A DNA stretch of 53,865 nucleotides, counting the filler, from Sluysia triapertura (lineage: Eukaryota): the NCBI GenBank assembly GCA_046118255.1. It is 4 parts of 4 records of this genome, joined end to end, with 100 filler letters (N's around TTAATTAATTAA, not from the genome) between each part and the next. Parts side by side here need not be neighbours in the genome. Positions count along the whole stretch, not along the records: positions 38,864 to 53,865 come from JBJNIA010242103.1; 3 more parts are not named here. The stretch is one strand, 5' to 3'. Below the pieces are notes generated by a model. That model was not told the origin of the DNA. It did not search any database and worked only from the letters and a program-made list of their open reading frames with translations. A program made the translations under genes and the position numbers. This document shows, piece by piece, positions 40,862 through 53,650 of the stretch (the stretch's first letter is position 1; every line of letters begins with the position of its first letter).

Positions 40862-41700
40862 ACATCTTTATCAGATAAATCGAAAGTTTTTGTTGTTCGT
40901 ATATAATGACAATAATTATGTTAGCTGGATTTATGTAGCTTCTTCATTTAGGACCGATAGTTTCAATTATATTAGTATTGTTAATTCAAATAAAGGTTTT
41001 ACACGAAGTCATCAAAATCGGTTATAATATTTACTGTTACATCGGTTTGAAATTATTTCGTTCTTTGTCTTGCTTTTTTGTTCACATCAAATTATTTCTT
41101 GTTCGGAGAAAGTCTCATTGGTCATTTTCGAATTTTATTGGCTAATTGGTTTATTTAATTGGTTTCGTGATTTTCTTTTTGATATTGACAAAAAAACATT
41201 ATTTTAAGCAATTTGTATTGTTTGGATGGACTCATCTGCTACTATTGATAATTGTTACCAGCAGTCGTTTCTTAATAAACAATATTTTCCTGAGCATTAT
41301 TTGGTTTCTACTACCGATTCTGTTGATGTGTTTCAATGATATCATGGGTTACATTTTTGGAAACGCCTTTGGTCGGACTCCACTAATAAAGTTATCTCAA
41401 AAAAAGACAGGAGAAGGTTTCATTAATGCTAATACATCAAAAGTGATATTTCCCATCATTTTACCGCTGACTTTTATTCGTTCCAATTATTTTGTGTGTC
41501 TCTTGGAAAACAACGATATCCATGATACTTTGTTTATGGAGTGTGTGCGAAATTCTGTGTTTAGAGAGCATAGATTAAAATTACGAAGCATTTTGAAAAG
41601 ACTATTGCCCATTACTCATATCATCTATTATTCGTTTTTGAAACATAATATTGTACTGTCAATATTAGTATCACTAGTGGCTCTATGCTCTAGATTCTTT
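40862..41700 (+). pseudogene. CDS2: CDP-diacylglycerol synthase (phosphatidate cytidylyltransferase, CDS1/2) pseudogene
   Basis: LGPIV...QIKVLHEVIKIGY, NYFLFGE, YLIGF...KKHYFKQFVLFGWTH, NDIMGYIFG..FGRTPLIKLSQKKTGEGFI; TAG at 40936, two frameshifts, a deletion near 41145; SPKKTWEG altered; ends before the FKRxxxIKD signature. Confidence 0.88.
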
Positions 41701-41745
41701 ACTTATAGTGATGTGAGTACTGTTATATATTTTTTTTGTTATATT

Positions 41746-43060
41746 TTATTGTATAAATAAAGTCTCAAATTTCGTCATTTTATTAAACTCGTTACTTTTT
41801 AAAGGCATTAGGCATAATTCATTGATAAAAAAACTTTGTATTTTACTAATTGTTTTTGAATTAAAGTTCGATGGTTTTTTGTTAATTAAATTCTTAAATT
41901 TTTTAATACATATTCGAAAATAAATAAAATTAAACATAATTTATTAAAATTAAATAGAACTAATTTAATTTATTAGAATTAAATTACTTAACGCCCTCCA
42001 CGATAATATCTTTAGCTTTTGAAGTAATTGGGAGTTCCACCGAAATATTATTTTTATTTTCATTAAATCCTTGGGATTCTTTTCTCTCTCTTTTCGGCCT
42101 ATTTTTCTTAATAATTTTCTTGCTTTATTTCTGTGTAAGTTATCTTCTTTGCTTAGTGTAGCAAGTATTAGTTTAATATCGTATCCATTTTGAATAATCA
42201 AATTATTCATCCAAATTTTTATCTAAGTGTTTAGCTTTTGTTATACCATTAGCCAAGTCTAATAAAATTTCTTCGACCTTTCGGTCTCTTTGTAACTCTG
42301 CGGTATCAACTTTCTCATTTGACAAGATACATATTGGTTCCTTTTCTAATTTATTAATTATTTTTATTTCTTTTTTAATTGTTTCTTCTTCCATATCTTA
42401 ACTGATACTGAAATATTCTTCTTCTGAATCATTGTCTATTTCTTCTGCTCTTAATTCATCGTCATCTGTTTATCTAATAATAACAATTTCTATATCTGAT
42501 ATAACTTCTTGATCATCACTTTCGGTAGCTTTCTCCTTATTATCTTTCTCTTTTGTTTCATCTTCTTCTGTGTTAATAAGTTCGCTTTCTTTATCATTTA
42601 TCTCTTCTTCTGTACTACTTTCTTCTGATTCTGGCTGTATTTTTTTATTAATTTTTTGTGTTTTACCTTCACATGTATCGATTAACTGTTGAATTCGTTG
42701 TTTCATTTCTTCATTTGTAATTACATCTTTAATTTCTTTAATCTGTTCGATCTTTTCTTCCATGGGTTTATTGAATATTTCTTGGATTCTGACTTGAATT
42801 GGTTGTATTGTTAATCGATTTTCTACCCTTTCTTTTTCTTCTCTTCGTTTTCTTTCTTTTTTAAATTTTCTATATCTGTCATGCATATAACTCTTAAAGA
42901 CCTCTTCTTTATTTTTGAATCAATGCAGAATTCTCGTAGCATAGCATTCTTTTCTTCATCTGTTATCAATTTTGAGTAGTCATCCTCTTCTTCTCTACTA
43001 GATTCTTGTCTTCTTTGTTCCTTCTTAAAATTCTTTCTATTTCTTTTAGGTTCTTCTTCA
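41746..43060 (-). pseudogene. Broken Glu/Lys-rich reading frame of unknown origin
   Basis: Four abutting minus-strand ORF pieces with coiled-coil/acidic composition. Confidence 0.4.
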
Positions 43061-43066
43061 TTTTCG

Positions 43067-43320
43067 CAATGTAAAGGTATAAAAATTTTTATTTTATTTT
43101 TATTTACAATTGCAAAAAATTGTGTAAAGATTTAAAAATTTATATTTAAAAAATTGTAAAAAATTATTATTTAAAAAATTATAAAAATTATTATTATTAT
43201 AAATTAAAAAAGAATTCTAAAGAAGCTTCGAGAATGGAAAATTGTTTAATTAAATTAAATTTTAAAATATGTCTTTATGTGTATATAAAGACAGACAAAA
43301 AGAAAGACGCCATTGTTAAT
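43067..43320 (+). mobile_element. LTR-like family A, diverged copy 5
   Basis: aGAAg cTTCg aGAAt (43221-43235), TATA-like tatataaag (~43282), gaaagacgccatt shared with copy 1. Confidence 0.5.
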
Positions 43321-44399
43321 ATTACGTCATTTTAAATTATACACCTTTGTTAAAATTCGTCATTTCATCATCTACAATTTAATTCAATCATCGACAGTAA
43401 AAATCATCAATTTAATATCTCAAAATCTAATCCTTTTTGTGCAGCTCCGGTAATTCTCAAGTTCACAATTCATTCGACAGCATCATATCCCGGCATCTAC
43501 GATTAGAGGTATGCAACTTTCCATTATCAAGCAGTTAATTGATTTGAGAAAAATGACAATGTGAGAGCACGAATATTCTTTATTAATTAATTCGTAAGTT
43601 TGTTTTACATAGTTTGCAAACTCAAATTAAGTTAATCTATACTCATAATACTAAGTTTACGGTTGGTCCTTAAGGCCAATCGCAAAAACAATTTAAAATA
43701 TAAATTCACTGGTCTTTAGTTGGCCCTTAAAGTCAATTATAAAGTCATTATTATAAGATAGTCTCTCGGCTAGACCTTTATTATAATTATTATAATTTTA
43801 TTATCATTATTATAATTTTATTATTTATAAATATTTTGTTATGATTATCCTATTTTAATTTTATTTATTAAATTTTCCTTTTTGTTTGTTATATAATAAA
43901 CTTAGATTATGTTGAATATTAGTTCATTATAATTTTAATATTGAATTTATAACATAAGTTTAGTTTATTTATGTATATTGCAAACAATTTTAAATTAAAT
44001 AAACTATTATAAGAAGCACTCTAATTATATTGTACGGTTAGTAATTTCTAAGAACGATTCCAAAAAATCTAACGGTTAGCATAACAAGACTTATACGAAT
44101 ATTTTTAACTTTATTTTTCACATAAATCTAAATATTACACACGCTAACCTTGGTCGTAATTATTTTTTAAGTCATTTAGTATCAGACGATTTTTCCCACT
44201 ATTGTTAATTTGAGGCAGAGTATTAATAATTGTCTTCACGTAATTTTACAGGTACGCCATTAGTAAGTCGTATAATGTAAACGGACTCTGAATAATAAAA
44301 AACTATTTTGCTGTAAGTTAGGCTATGTATTAAGAAAAACACCAGCAGTAATATTTATCTTCATATTGATGGTGATCTTCGTATTCGACATAATTTCTT

Positions 44400-45627
44400 T
44401 GATTTTCATAGTTACAATTTATTTGTGCTTTCTCATTAAACCTTACTTTCCTATTAGGGCTTTGATATTTTGTTGTTGAGAGTCCCTTACCTTAGATAAT
44501 CCTGGCTAAAAGTATTTTGTTTTAACTTACCGCAATTTCTTGTAGAGTGTCCGTATTTATTACAATTATCGCAACGTATTTCCCTTCGATATTAGTTCGA
44601 GCCTTGTCATTATATCTATTCGGACTTTTATTTCGGCCTCGATAATTATTTATATTTGTATTTAGTGGCCATATTGGTTCTGGTCTCTGTTCGTAATTTG
44701 TCCTACCATTTCGATTTCATCTGTTATTCTGAAATCATCTTGGCTGAAATTATTTCCTCTAAAATTATTATTAAAATTTCTCCGATTACCACTATAGTTA
44801 AAAATTCCTCTACGCGGCCTATTATATCTATAGTTACTATTATTTCTATTATAATTATTGCTGTTTCTATTATCATTTTATTCATTCTCACTATATTCAT
44901 TATAACTAAAAGAATCATTCTTATTCGAAAAGTTATTATCATAATTATTGTATCGATTATTATAGTTAACAAATTTATTTTGCTTTCACTATCACTAACA
45001 TAATTAATATTGTCTTTATCTTTTTTATCTTTATATAAAGATTTTTCTATACTTCTTAATTTTGTAACTAATTCTGTGAAAGGTACTTCTTCAATTAAAG
45101 TAACATAAGTTCTCAATTCAGGACGTAGACTATTTTTAATTTATCTTTTAAAATCATTTTCTTTTTTATCTTTATTCTAGTTGCTAATGCGCATGCGAAT
45201 TCGTGAACAGTTTCATTAACTTTTTTCTGTCTTAAATTTTATATTTTATTTTAATATTTTCCCATGTCATTGAGAGCAATCACCTCGGTAAATGCATTAA
45301 CAAAAGAATTCCAAGTTGCTTTATCATGCTCATTTATGTCTTTATAAATCTGAATCGCCACACCATTAAGGTAATTTTGTATTCATTTAACTTTTCCTAT
45401 TCCGTTGCATCCATTAGCTTCGACGATACTAGCGTATTCACATAAGAATTCGCAGAGTTCTTCCTCTGCTCCACTAAATCTGCGCATTTCTGGAAGGCCA
45501 TTAAAGGACGCATTTCTCTTGTTAATTGTGAAATACAATCTCTAAAATCATTTGGCAAAGCCATGTAGTTTCTTAATTTAGCTCTATAATCGTCATATGG
45601 TACAATTTGTTTATCATTTTTATTCAA
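44400..45627 (-). mobile_element. gag: Degenerate Ty3/gypsy-type gag with CCHC zinc knuckle
   Basis: TWNSFVNAF, LRQ...ETVHEFA capsid-like motifs; N-rich linker; CDNCNKYGHSTRNC (CX2CX4HX4C) at 44532-44573. Confidence 0.85.
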
Positions 45628-46062
45628 ATCTTATAATCCTTATCAAGTTAGGATTTATTAATATGCTTTATTCTTTAAATCTTATAAAACTCGTAAATTA
45701 ATTCGTAATCACTTATAAAATCAATTAGTCAAAACTTAAAAAACTTATTTTGATGAAATTTATTCAATAATAAAAACTTATTCGTTTAAAATTAAAACTT
45801 ATTCAACAGGGTAATTATAAAACTTGTAATCTTTAGCTTATATATTCGTATATAAAACTTATTCAATAATGACTTATTTTACTTAAGGAACAACATTTAC
45901 TTATAGATAAAACTTATGGAATAATCGCTAATAGACTTTAAAAAATAATAATAATTTATACAATTTATAGTTTAGGATACTTTTACTTATCAAAACTTAA
46001 TAGGGTTATCTTTATAATTTACTTTATTTTTATTTTATTTTAATGTATGTTTATGCTGCTGG

Positions 46063-46080
46063 TCCTCACTCTTGGCACCA
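46063..46080 (-). other. Primer-binding site, tRNA-Leu-like
   Basis: TGGTGCCAAGAGTGAGGA directly after the LTR-like repeat and ~430 nt upstream of gag. Confidence 0.65.
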
Positions 46081-46252
46081 GTTATTATATGTGACGATTA
46101 TGCGATAAGAAAAGATGATTTTATTTATTTCATCTTTTGCTTTTTTCTTGTGAATTCTCTATGATACTGGACTTACTCAATGAAGGGCCAGTACATAGAT
46201 TTGCATCGTCATAAAAAGCAAAACTGGAGTTAAATATATATGATTGGTTTTA
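46081..46252 (-). mobile_element. LTR family B, 5' LTR of the gag element (outer limit uncertain)
   Basis: Colinear similarity to 53221-53400; core atgtactggcccttcattgagtaagtccagtatcatagagaa. Confidence 0.7.
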
Positions 46253-49100
46253 GGTAACTCTTTGTTGTAATCGAAAAGTGATTTTGTTATGATTTTTATT
46301 GCAATAATAAAATAAAACGAAAGCAGTTTAATTATTTAAACACAAAGTTATAGGAGTATAATAATATAAATTATAGATTCAAGATATTTCTTCTATAAAA
46401 ACGTTAAATAAAAATGTTAAGTGTACAAAATATTAAATAAGTTATTATAAATTAATACGTCAAACAGTTAGGTTAAAAATATTATATTAAGCGATTACGT
46501 AAAAATGTCAATTATACAAAAAATAAATAATAATAGCAATAATATTAATAATTCTTTATGATAATTAACTCAATGTTAATTTAATAAACAGAAATTTAAA
46601 AAAAGATTTTTCATTTAACCATTAAAAGGTTCAAAATTTCATTAATTAAAGATTTTGAGTCAAATTTACGAATGATACTAGTAGTATCTACCTTAAATAA
46701 ATAAACTAACGTTTAGTTAAAGCAATTGCGTCAATCGGTTCAGAGAAGTTTTGAAAGCGAAGAGTTTATGCTGCAAAGGCTGATTTCTAATCTTATCGTA
46801 GTTATTTAAAAGTATTATTCTTAAAAAAGTTGTGTTCGAAAGTCAGTTAAAAATTGTATTGTGTTTCTATCGACCTTGAATAGAAACAAAAATGAAGTTA
46901 TTTCAAAAAATTTAAAATTATTTTATTTATTTTAATATTATTTTATAACAAATAATTAAATTACTTTTTTAAACAAAATAAATCTCCAAAATTTGACGAA
47001 TTAATCACATATTAATAATAAAAATCAATATTAAAATAATCAAAAATCAATAACACATTGTAATAAAACGTCGCAAGACAAATACATACAAAGGATAATA
47101 AATTAAAACTCACATTAGGATTTGTCAATTATAGTTGCGGGAACGCACACTTTACGTCATAAATTTTTTTTACTGCAACTATAATAAAATTTATATTTAT
47201 TATATTTTTCTGTTTAGCTAATATGATTTCATCAATTATACGATTCACTGTCTATTCATTTTGCCGCACTATTAAGAAACATTACTCTCTCTCTTCCCCG
47301 TATACATCGCTTTTATTTTCGTCGCCTTGTCTTTTTTGTCTTGCATGAAGGACTACAATTAAAAAACGTTACTTATTGTATAGAAAACGTTTATACGTTC
47401 CTGTGCATTCACTATTAAACATATAATCACACATCTTCTTCCTATAATTCAACTACTAACTCAATGGAGGAAAGTTCTGGTAAATGATATCTTCCAGCTC
47501 CCAGTTGCATCTAAAAAATAAAAATATAACTTTTAACATATCTTAATTTTAAGAAGCTTTATTCTTTTGCAAAAGTGAAGCTTTTTAACTTTCCACATCA
47601 ATGTGCTACAATTTTTTCAGCACATGATAATTACGTTAACTTCATTGCTATACAATGACATCCTCATAATCTTGATCCAACTGATAATCATTTTTAAAAC
47701 TTTGTAGAATTTCATGTACCATTATTAGTTGGTATAATTTTTATAAGTGAGCAAACAAGCACTAGTACTTTATCCTTTAATGGTCTTTTTGCGCAAATTT
47801 CAAGTTTATAATTATTTACCATAAAGTAAAATGCACAAAGGCAAATAAATATTAAAATCTTTCCATTTTTATTAACTCAATACACTTCATGTCCGAAAAT
47901 TGATGTTAGTTCTACAAGAATCACCTCTAGTGATTATCATGAGATATCGAAAGTTTTCGTAAATATCAAAAATATGCTTATCGCTGAGAAGTGAAATCCA
48001 TATTTATTTGAAATAAGATTATTATTCTTTACTTTTTTTGGTGAATATATAAAACGTCCATATAAATGATAGTTGAAAATAAGCAATAATTCTTTCATTT
48101 TAATAAAAAAATAAAATAACTCAACATAAAATTTTATGAAAAAATTAATAATGCCAATCAACTGTCTTATCACCGTTACTAGGTGTCAGAAATATTTATT
48201 TTTAATTATTGTTTTTATTATACATGAATTTGTTTTACTCTTTCGTTTAATATACAGAATCAAATAAAATTCGGAAAAACACACATACAACCTATTTCAA
48301 TTAAATTCAATTAATTATACACTATAATCAATTATCACCGGATATCATGACCGCGCGAAAACACATTTCCTGACTAACACACATGCACAGTCAACTAACT
48401 ACACTTAATTAATAAACCAATTTTATATTACTATATAGTATTATTTTATAGTAACAAAAATATAATTAATAAAAATGATCCAATACTATCTACATTAATT
48501 TAAATGTTTTTTTTATATTTTAGTAATAAAAACAACATTAATTTTATTATAATATCAATTATAAAATTTAATGGAAACTTATTTTAATGATTTATGTAAT
48601 ATTTTCATTATGAATATGTTTTACTTATGTTTTTTGTATTATATGAAAATTCTTTAATTTATTACTAATAATAGAAAACATTTATATAATATATTTCCAA
48701 TAATTCTTATAATTTCAATGTTACAAGAAAAATAGAAACAAATACAAAATAATATGCAAAGTATCGATTGCTGAACTGGTTTATGATCGATATCTTTCGC
48801 TTAGATATGTATGATATTTTGGCATTCGTTGTTTAGTTGCATGAAAATTATTGGATATATATTTTTTAATTTATAAATTATTCAAAATGAATTTAATACT
48901 TTAATTAAAATTAATATGTAAAATTATGTTGCAGACTTTGTTAATTAGTTTTGTATATTTAAAAAAGCGATTTAGTATTTAATTTTAAATATGTTAAATA
49001 AAATATTACTATGTTCATTACATTTCTTAAATAAAATTTGATTAATTAGTTTATATTAGCTTTAGTTACTTTTACATTTTCCTATTGTTAGCCCTCTTAT

Positions 49101-49135
49101 TTCAAAGCTGTGCAGTTCGATGCTCTCGCCAGTGA
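49101..49135 (-). repeat. tRNA-containing repeat, fragment F
   Basis: Minus strand tcactggcgagagcatcgaactgcacagctttgaa. Confidence 0.65.
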
Positions 49136-49140
49136 TTTCT

Positions 49141-49197
49141 CATTAATGATTAATCATTAATGATTAATCATTAAGAATTAATCATTAATCAATTAAG
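49141..49197. repeat. Tandem palindromic 14-bp repeat (cattaatgattaat)n
   Basis: About 4 units, decaying. Confidence 0.8.
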
Positions 49198-52100
49198 AAG
49201 TTTAATAATTATATATGAAAATTTTAGACTCAGGTCATAATAAAATTATAAAATTAATATGTTTTTAGAAGAAAAGACTAGGAGAGGCCTGCATTTTGCG
49301 AATACGTAGTTTTGATAGTGTGAAAACGAAAATACATTAATAAATCCATTAAATTGATGCATTTTATACAAATAAAGTAATGAATTATAAAATTATCATT
49401 ATTATTAATGAATATCCATTAAATGGATTTTATACAAAAAATAATTTAAATTTTGAAGAGATTTTTAAAAATAATCTAATTGATAAAATATTATAATGAC
49501 TTTTTAATGGGTTACATTAATAAATGCTAAAAAACATTTTTTAATATTATTATTATTAATTAATAATAATAATATTATTAAGGGATAATTTAGGATTTAA
49601 TTCGCTAGTGAAAAATTAATGAATGCATAAATAAATATAAAAACATTAGCAAAAAATTTAAAGCCACAAAAGAGATTATTGTTGATCTACGATAAATTTT
49701 TGAAAACACTCCCATTGGAGGATTCTCATAATAATTATCTAAGTAAATCTTGAACAACAATTTCTAATATTCTAAAATGTAAGTTATCTATTAATGCAAG
49801 AATTAAAATCTCATGTAATATATTTAATTGTTTTCAGCTAGCTTTAAAATCATACACAAAAGACTTTCTTATCTCAGATTTCAAATCCTACGGACTAGCC
49901 GTAACACGTAAGACTAGAATCGTAGGTGGATTCATCATCGTTTAAACTTTCAAAAAAACCCACCGATACATAACTTTTCTTCTACCAGTTTTTAAGGCCG
50001 AATTATAATAAACATTATTTTTTGTATATCCTGTTTAAAGAGGATCTAATATAAAAGTATATTATTTTATTTTTACAGCGAAGATTTACTTACAAAAGTT
50101 TGGTTTTACAAAATTCTGTTTAGTACTAAATTTTGATGAAATATAATTTCCTTTAGTTTGACCTCCATAACTTTGTTTTAAGACAAATTTATTTAAAATC
50201 CTAGGAACTAGCTCTTCACTATACAAATTTAGGATCGTAGGCCATCTCATAATATCAATAATCAATTATTGGTAGTTTAAGTATGTGTTTACCAAAATAA
50301 TCACCAATAGGATAATTTATTCTAGCTTTAATTTAATAAAGATATGTTTAATTATAGCTAATTCGATTTAATTAATTAGATTAATTTAATAAATTAAAAT
50401 TTTATTAATTTTGTAATCTGTACAAAAGCTAAATAATTTACCTTTTTAAATCACGATAATAGAGTTCACCTAATGAATTCCTTGAAACAGTGCTCGTTGT
50501 ATCACGACAGTGGTATTTGGTGAATACAAAATTCTCAGTAGTTATTCCCCAGTTAGTAGATTCTTGTTATGTTATTTATGGAGCTTGCGTTTGCCTATGT
50601 ACAGATAAACAATATGAAATTGTAAATGTGTTATTAATTTAATTCCATAAATTTTTATGCGCAAAAGACACACTTATTTACCATAATACACGACAGAAAC
50701 TATTTTTAAAATTAGTGCACAAAAATTTTATCAACATATCAACAAAATTACGAAATATGAAATTAATTAAATTAAAAAATCACGTGCATGTAACGAAAAC
50801 CGTGATTATATTTCACATTCAAATTTAAACTACAGTTGAGATCTGGAAATTGTAATTGGTAATTGTCAAAATTTACGTATCAGAGTCATTGAAATACTTT
50901 ATCCACCTAAATCTAATTTTGTACAATCATTTATCATTTGTGCTCTATTCCCATTACTAATACTGTTCATAATATTCAATTTAAATACAGTTTATTTCAA
51001 AATTTTTGAACATCTCTTCCCATTGCTCTTTCAGCACACGCGTATAATTTAACTTATACATTTATTCTTGTTAATTTTCTTAATGGTGAAAGTTCCCAAA
51101 CCATCAAAATGTATTCGTTTATCTTACATATGATTATATTTATTTTATTTTTGTTATATTTAATAAAAGTTTTTCTTTTGATTCATATATTGTTCGGAAC
51201 GTGTTTTAAGCGCTTTATAAAAGCACTTAAATCTAAAAATGTAGTTAATTTTGTTAAAGTTAAATTTAATGTTCATAAAAGTCATGATTAATAATTTAGA
51301 TAATATTAACGTAATACCCTCAATTTGAAATTAAGTAACTAAGAAAGTTTGTAGTTAAACTGAACGCTAAAAATCGTACGTTATAAGTCTTAAAAAATAT
51401 TGAGAAGAGTTAAAATAAACACAGCTCGAACTGGGGTCAGCTTCCATATAAGGACAAGTTTTATTTAAGTGTTAATTAATTTCACAAATTCCCAAGCTAT
51501 TTAAGTTTGCTGACAATCATTAATTTTTTGAGTTATATAAAATTATACAAGTTATAAGTTAAATTGATTATTTAAGTTATAAGTTGTTAAATTACTTATA
51601 AATCCCATAGAACTAAGTTAATCGTTAAACTTTGTTTTTCCTGTGGTTTTTCTTAACACATAACCAACGACAAAATAAAAATTAAACATAGTCCGGTTAC
51701 AATAAATGTCTTATGTCTTGAAGATTGCGATCTGTAACGATATCTAAACAAATCTTAACTCAAATAAAATATGTCTAATAGTCGTTACTCTCTCTTTTCT
51801 ACAAGTTTTTGGAGGGTCTTATACTTAACAATTTTATTTGTAGAATCATTATTTTAATCATTATCTTACAGTAAAAAATTATTTTTATGCATTTTTTAAT
51901 CATTATGTATGTAAGTATAAATTAATCATTTTAAAGTAAAAAAATTATCATTTATGTATAAATTAATTATTACTACATTTTAATTATTGTATTTTATTAA
52001 TTTTATTGCAAAAAATAATCACGTTACAATTTAAACAAACATCATCATTATTATTATTGATGTTATTATTATTAATTATATCGAACCATATTAATATACA

Positions 52101-52506
52101 ATCTATTTCTAGATTAAATCAATTTAAGCGACAAAATGTATTGAATTATTATGTTTATAATTTTGATTTCAGTTTCGGCCAATAACTATTAAATTGTTTA
52201 AAGATACATATAGACATGATTAATGTAAATACAAAGTGTAAATATTATGCACATATTATCAAGTTTAAAATATTTTATATGGTTTTATTAAGAATTGTAA
52301 TGTTTATTTATTCTTTAATTGTGTTTTCAAAGTTTAACTATGTAAAATTTATCATCATTTATGTCTAAATTAGGACATTTCATTTTCTAATTATTCATGA
52401 ACCTGTACTTTGTGCTATATCAAAAGGTATTTAATATTGAAATTTTGAATAGTATTTCACAAGTGTTAACAGTAATGTTATTTACTAATTATTTTAGGAA
52501 TTTTTT

Positions 52507-52600
52507 GAGAAAATATATTTGAAGAAAAATATTTAAGAAGATATATTTAAAGAAAAATATTTTAAAATCTTTAAGAAGATATATTTGAAGAAAGATACAT
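52507..52600. repeat. Minisatellite of ~14-15 bp (aagaaRatatattt)
   Basis: About 6 degenerate units. Confidence 0.65.
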
Positions 52601-53220
52601 TCATTGTTTTGGAAGAAAGATATGGTGATTAATCGTTAATTTTTTAACAACATTAAGTTAATTTTAATTTTCATAAAATACACGTAATTTTAAAAAGATA
52701 ATATTAAGTAATTTTTAATTACAATATAAATTTCATTTATTAAATTGGATCAGTTAAGTATTAATTACAATATTAATATTATTACACTTTATTGTTTTTA
52801 ACGATTCGTAATGTTTACACCAATTTGATAAAATTAATATTATTAAATAATACTGTATTGTGTTTGTGAGGTAACTTTAAATTACGATTCCATAAAGTTT
52901 AAATTTGGTTTAATATTTTTATGACAATTGATTATCTAAAATTTTTTGAAGTGACATTTTTATATTAGATTATCCAATTTTGAATTAATATTTACGAATT
53001 AGCATTTTGATGATCGCCTTTTGTATTAATAAATAGTTATATTGTCTTTGAGTCTTCTAATAAAGAGTATTATATATAATAACACAAACAGATTTTTAAT
53101 AAAATACTTAAATTAATATTTTCGCATCTTTGCATCGTGAATAAACACCATCCATTTTAAATAATTATAATAAATTTAAAAGAGCTTAATTGTAATACAA
53201 ATTAGAACCAAGAAGTAAGC

Positions 53221-53400
53221 AAAACCAATAACAAGTACAAATATAAACTTCCAGTTTTTGAATTTCTTTCAAGCTGCGAATATATGTGCTAGCCCTTCAG
53301 TGAGTAAGTCCAGTATCATAGAGAACTTACGATAAGAATAAGGAAATTAATTCAAAAGCGAATATCTATCTTAATCACACCAAATCTCTACATATTAATC
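53221..53400 (+). mobile_element. LTR family B copy (probable solo LTR)
   Basis: aaaaccaat...ccagtttt...gcccttcagtgagtaagtccagtatcatagagaac...acatattaat. Confidence 0.7.
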
Positions 53401-53590
53401 AATTGAATTCAAAACCAAAATCACATAAGTTTACATTTTAAGTATAGATAATAAAGAAAGCATAAGTACAATAACGAAAAAATAGATATAATTCTTTAGA
53501 AGCTATTAAAATATCCGAATCGATGATCGAGTTTAAGGACAGCATGATTCAATTGTAGAAATTTGTTATGTGATTAAATTAAGACTTAAG

Positions 53591-53650
53591 GTAAGTTCTT
53601 TATGATACTGGCCAGTACATATATTAGCAGCTTTTAAGACAGAAAAGACA
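53591..53650 (-). mobile_element. LTR family B fragment, inverted relative to its neighbour
   Basis: gtaagttctttatgatactgg|ccagtacata: core motif with the loop deleted. Confidence 0.6.

Noticed and set aside
44656-45003. Hydrophobic TM-like ORF on the + strand
   Set aside because: Antisense shadow of the Asn-rich gag linker
49600-50300. Possible Polinton/integrase remnant
   Set aside because: Only vague peptide resemblances; no DDE or other diagnostic motif could be assembled
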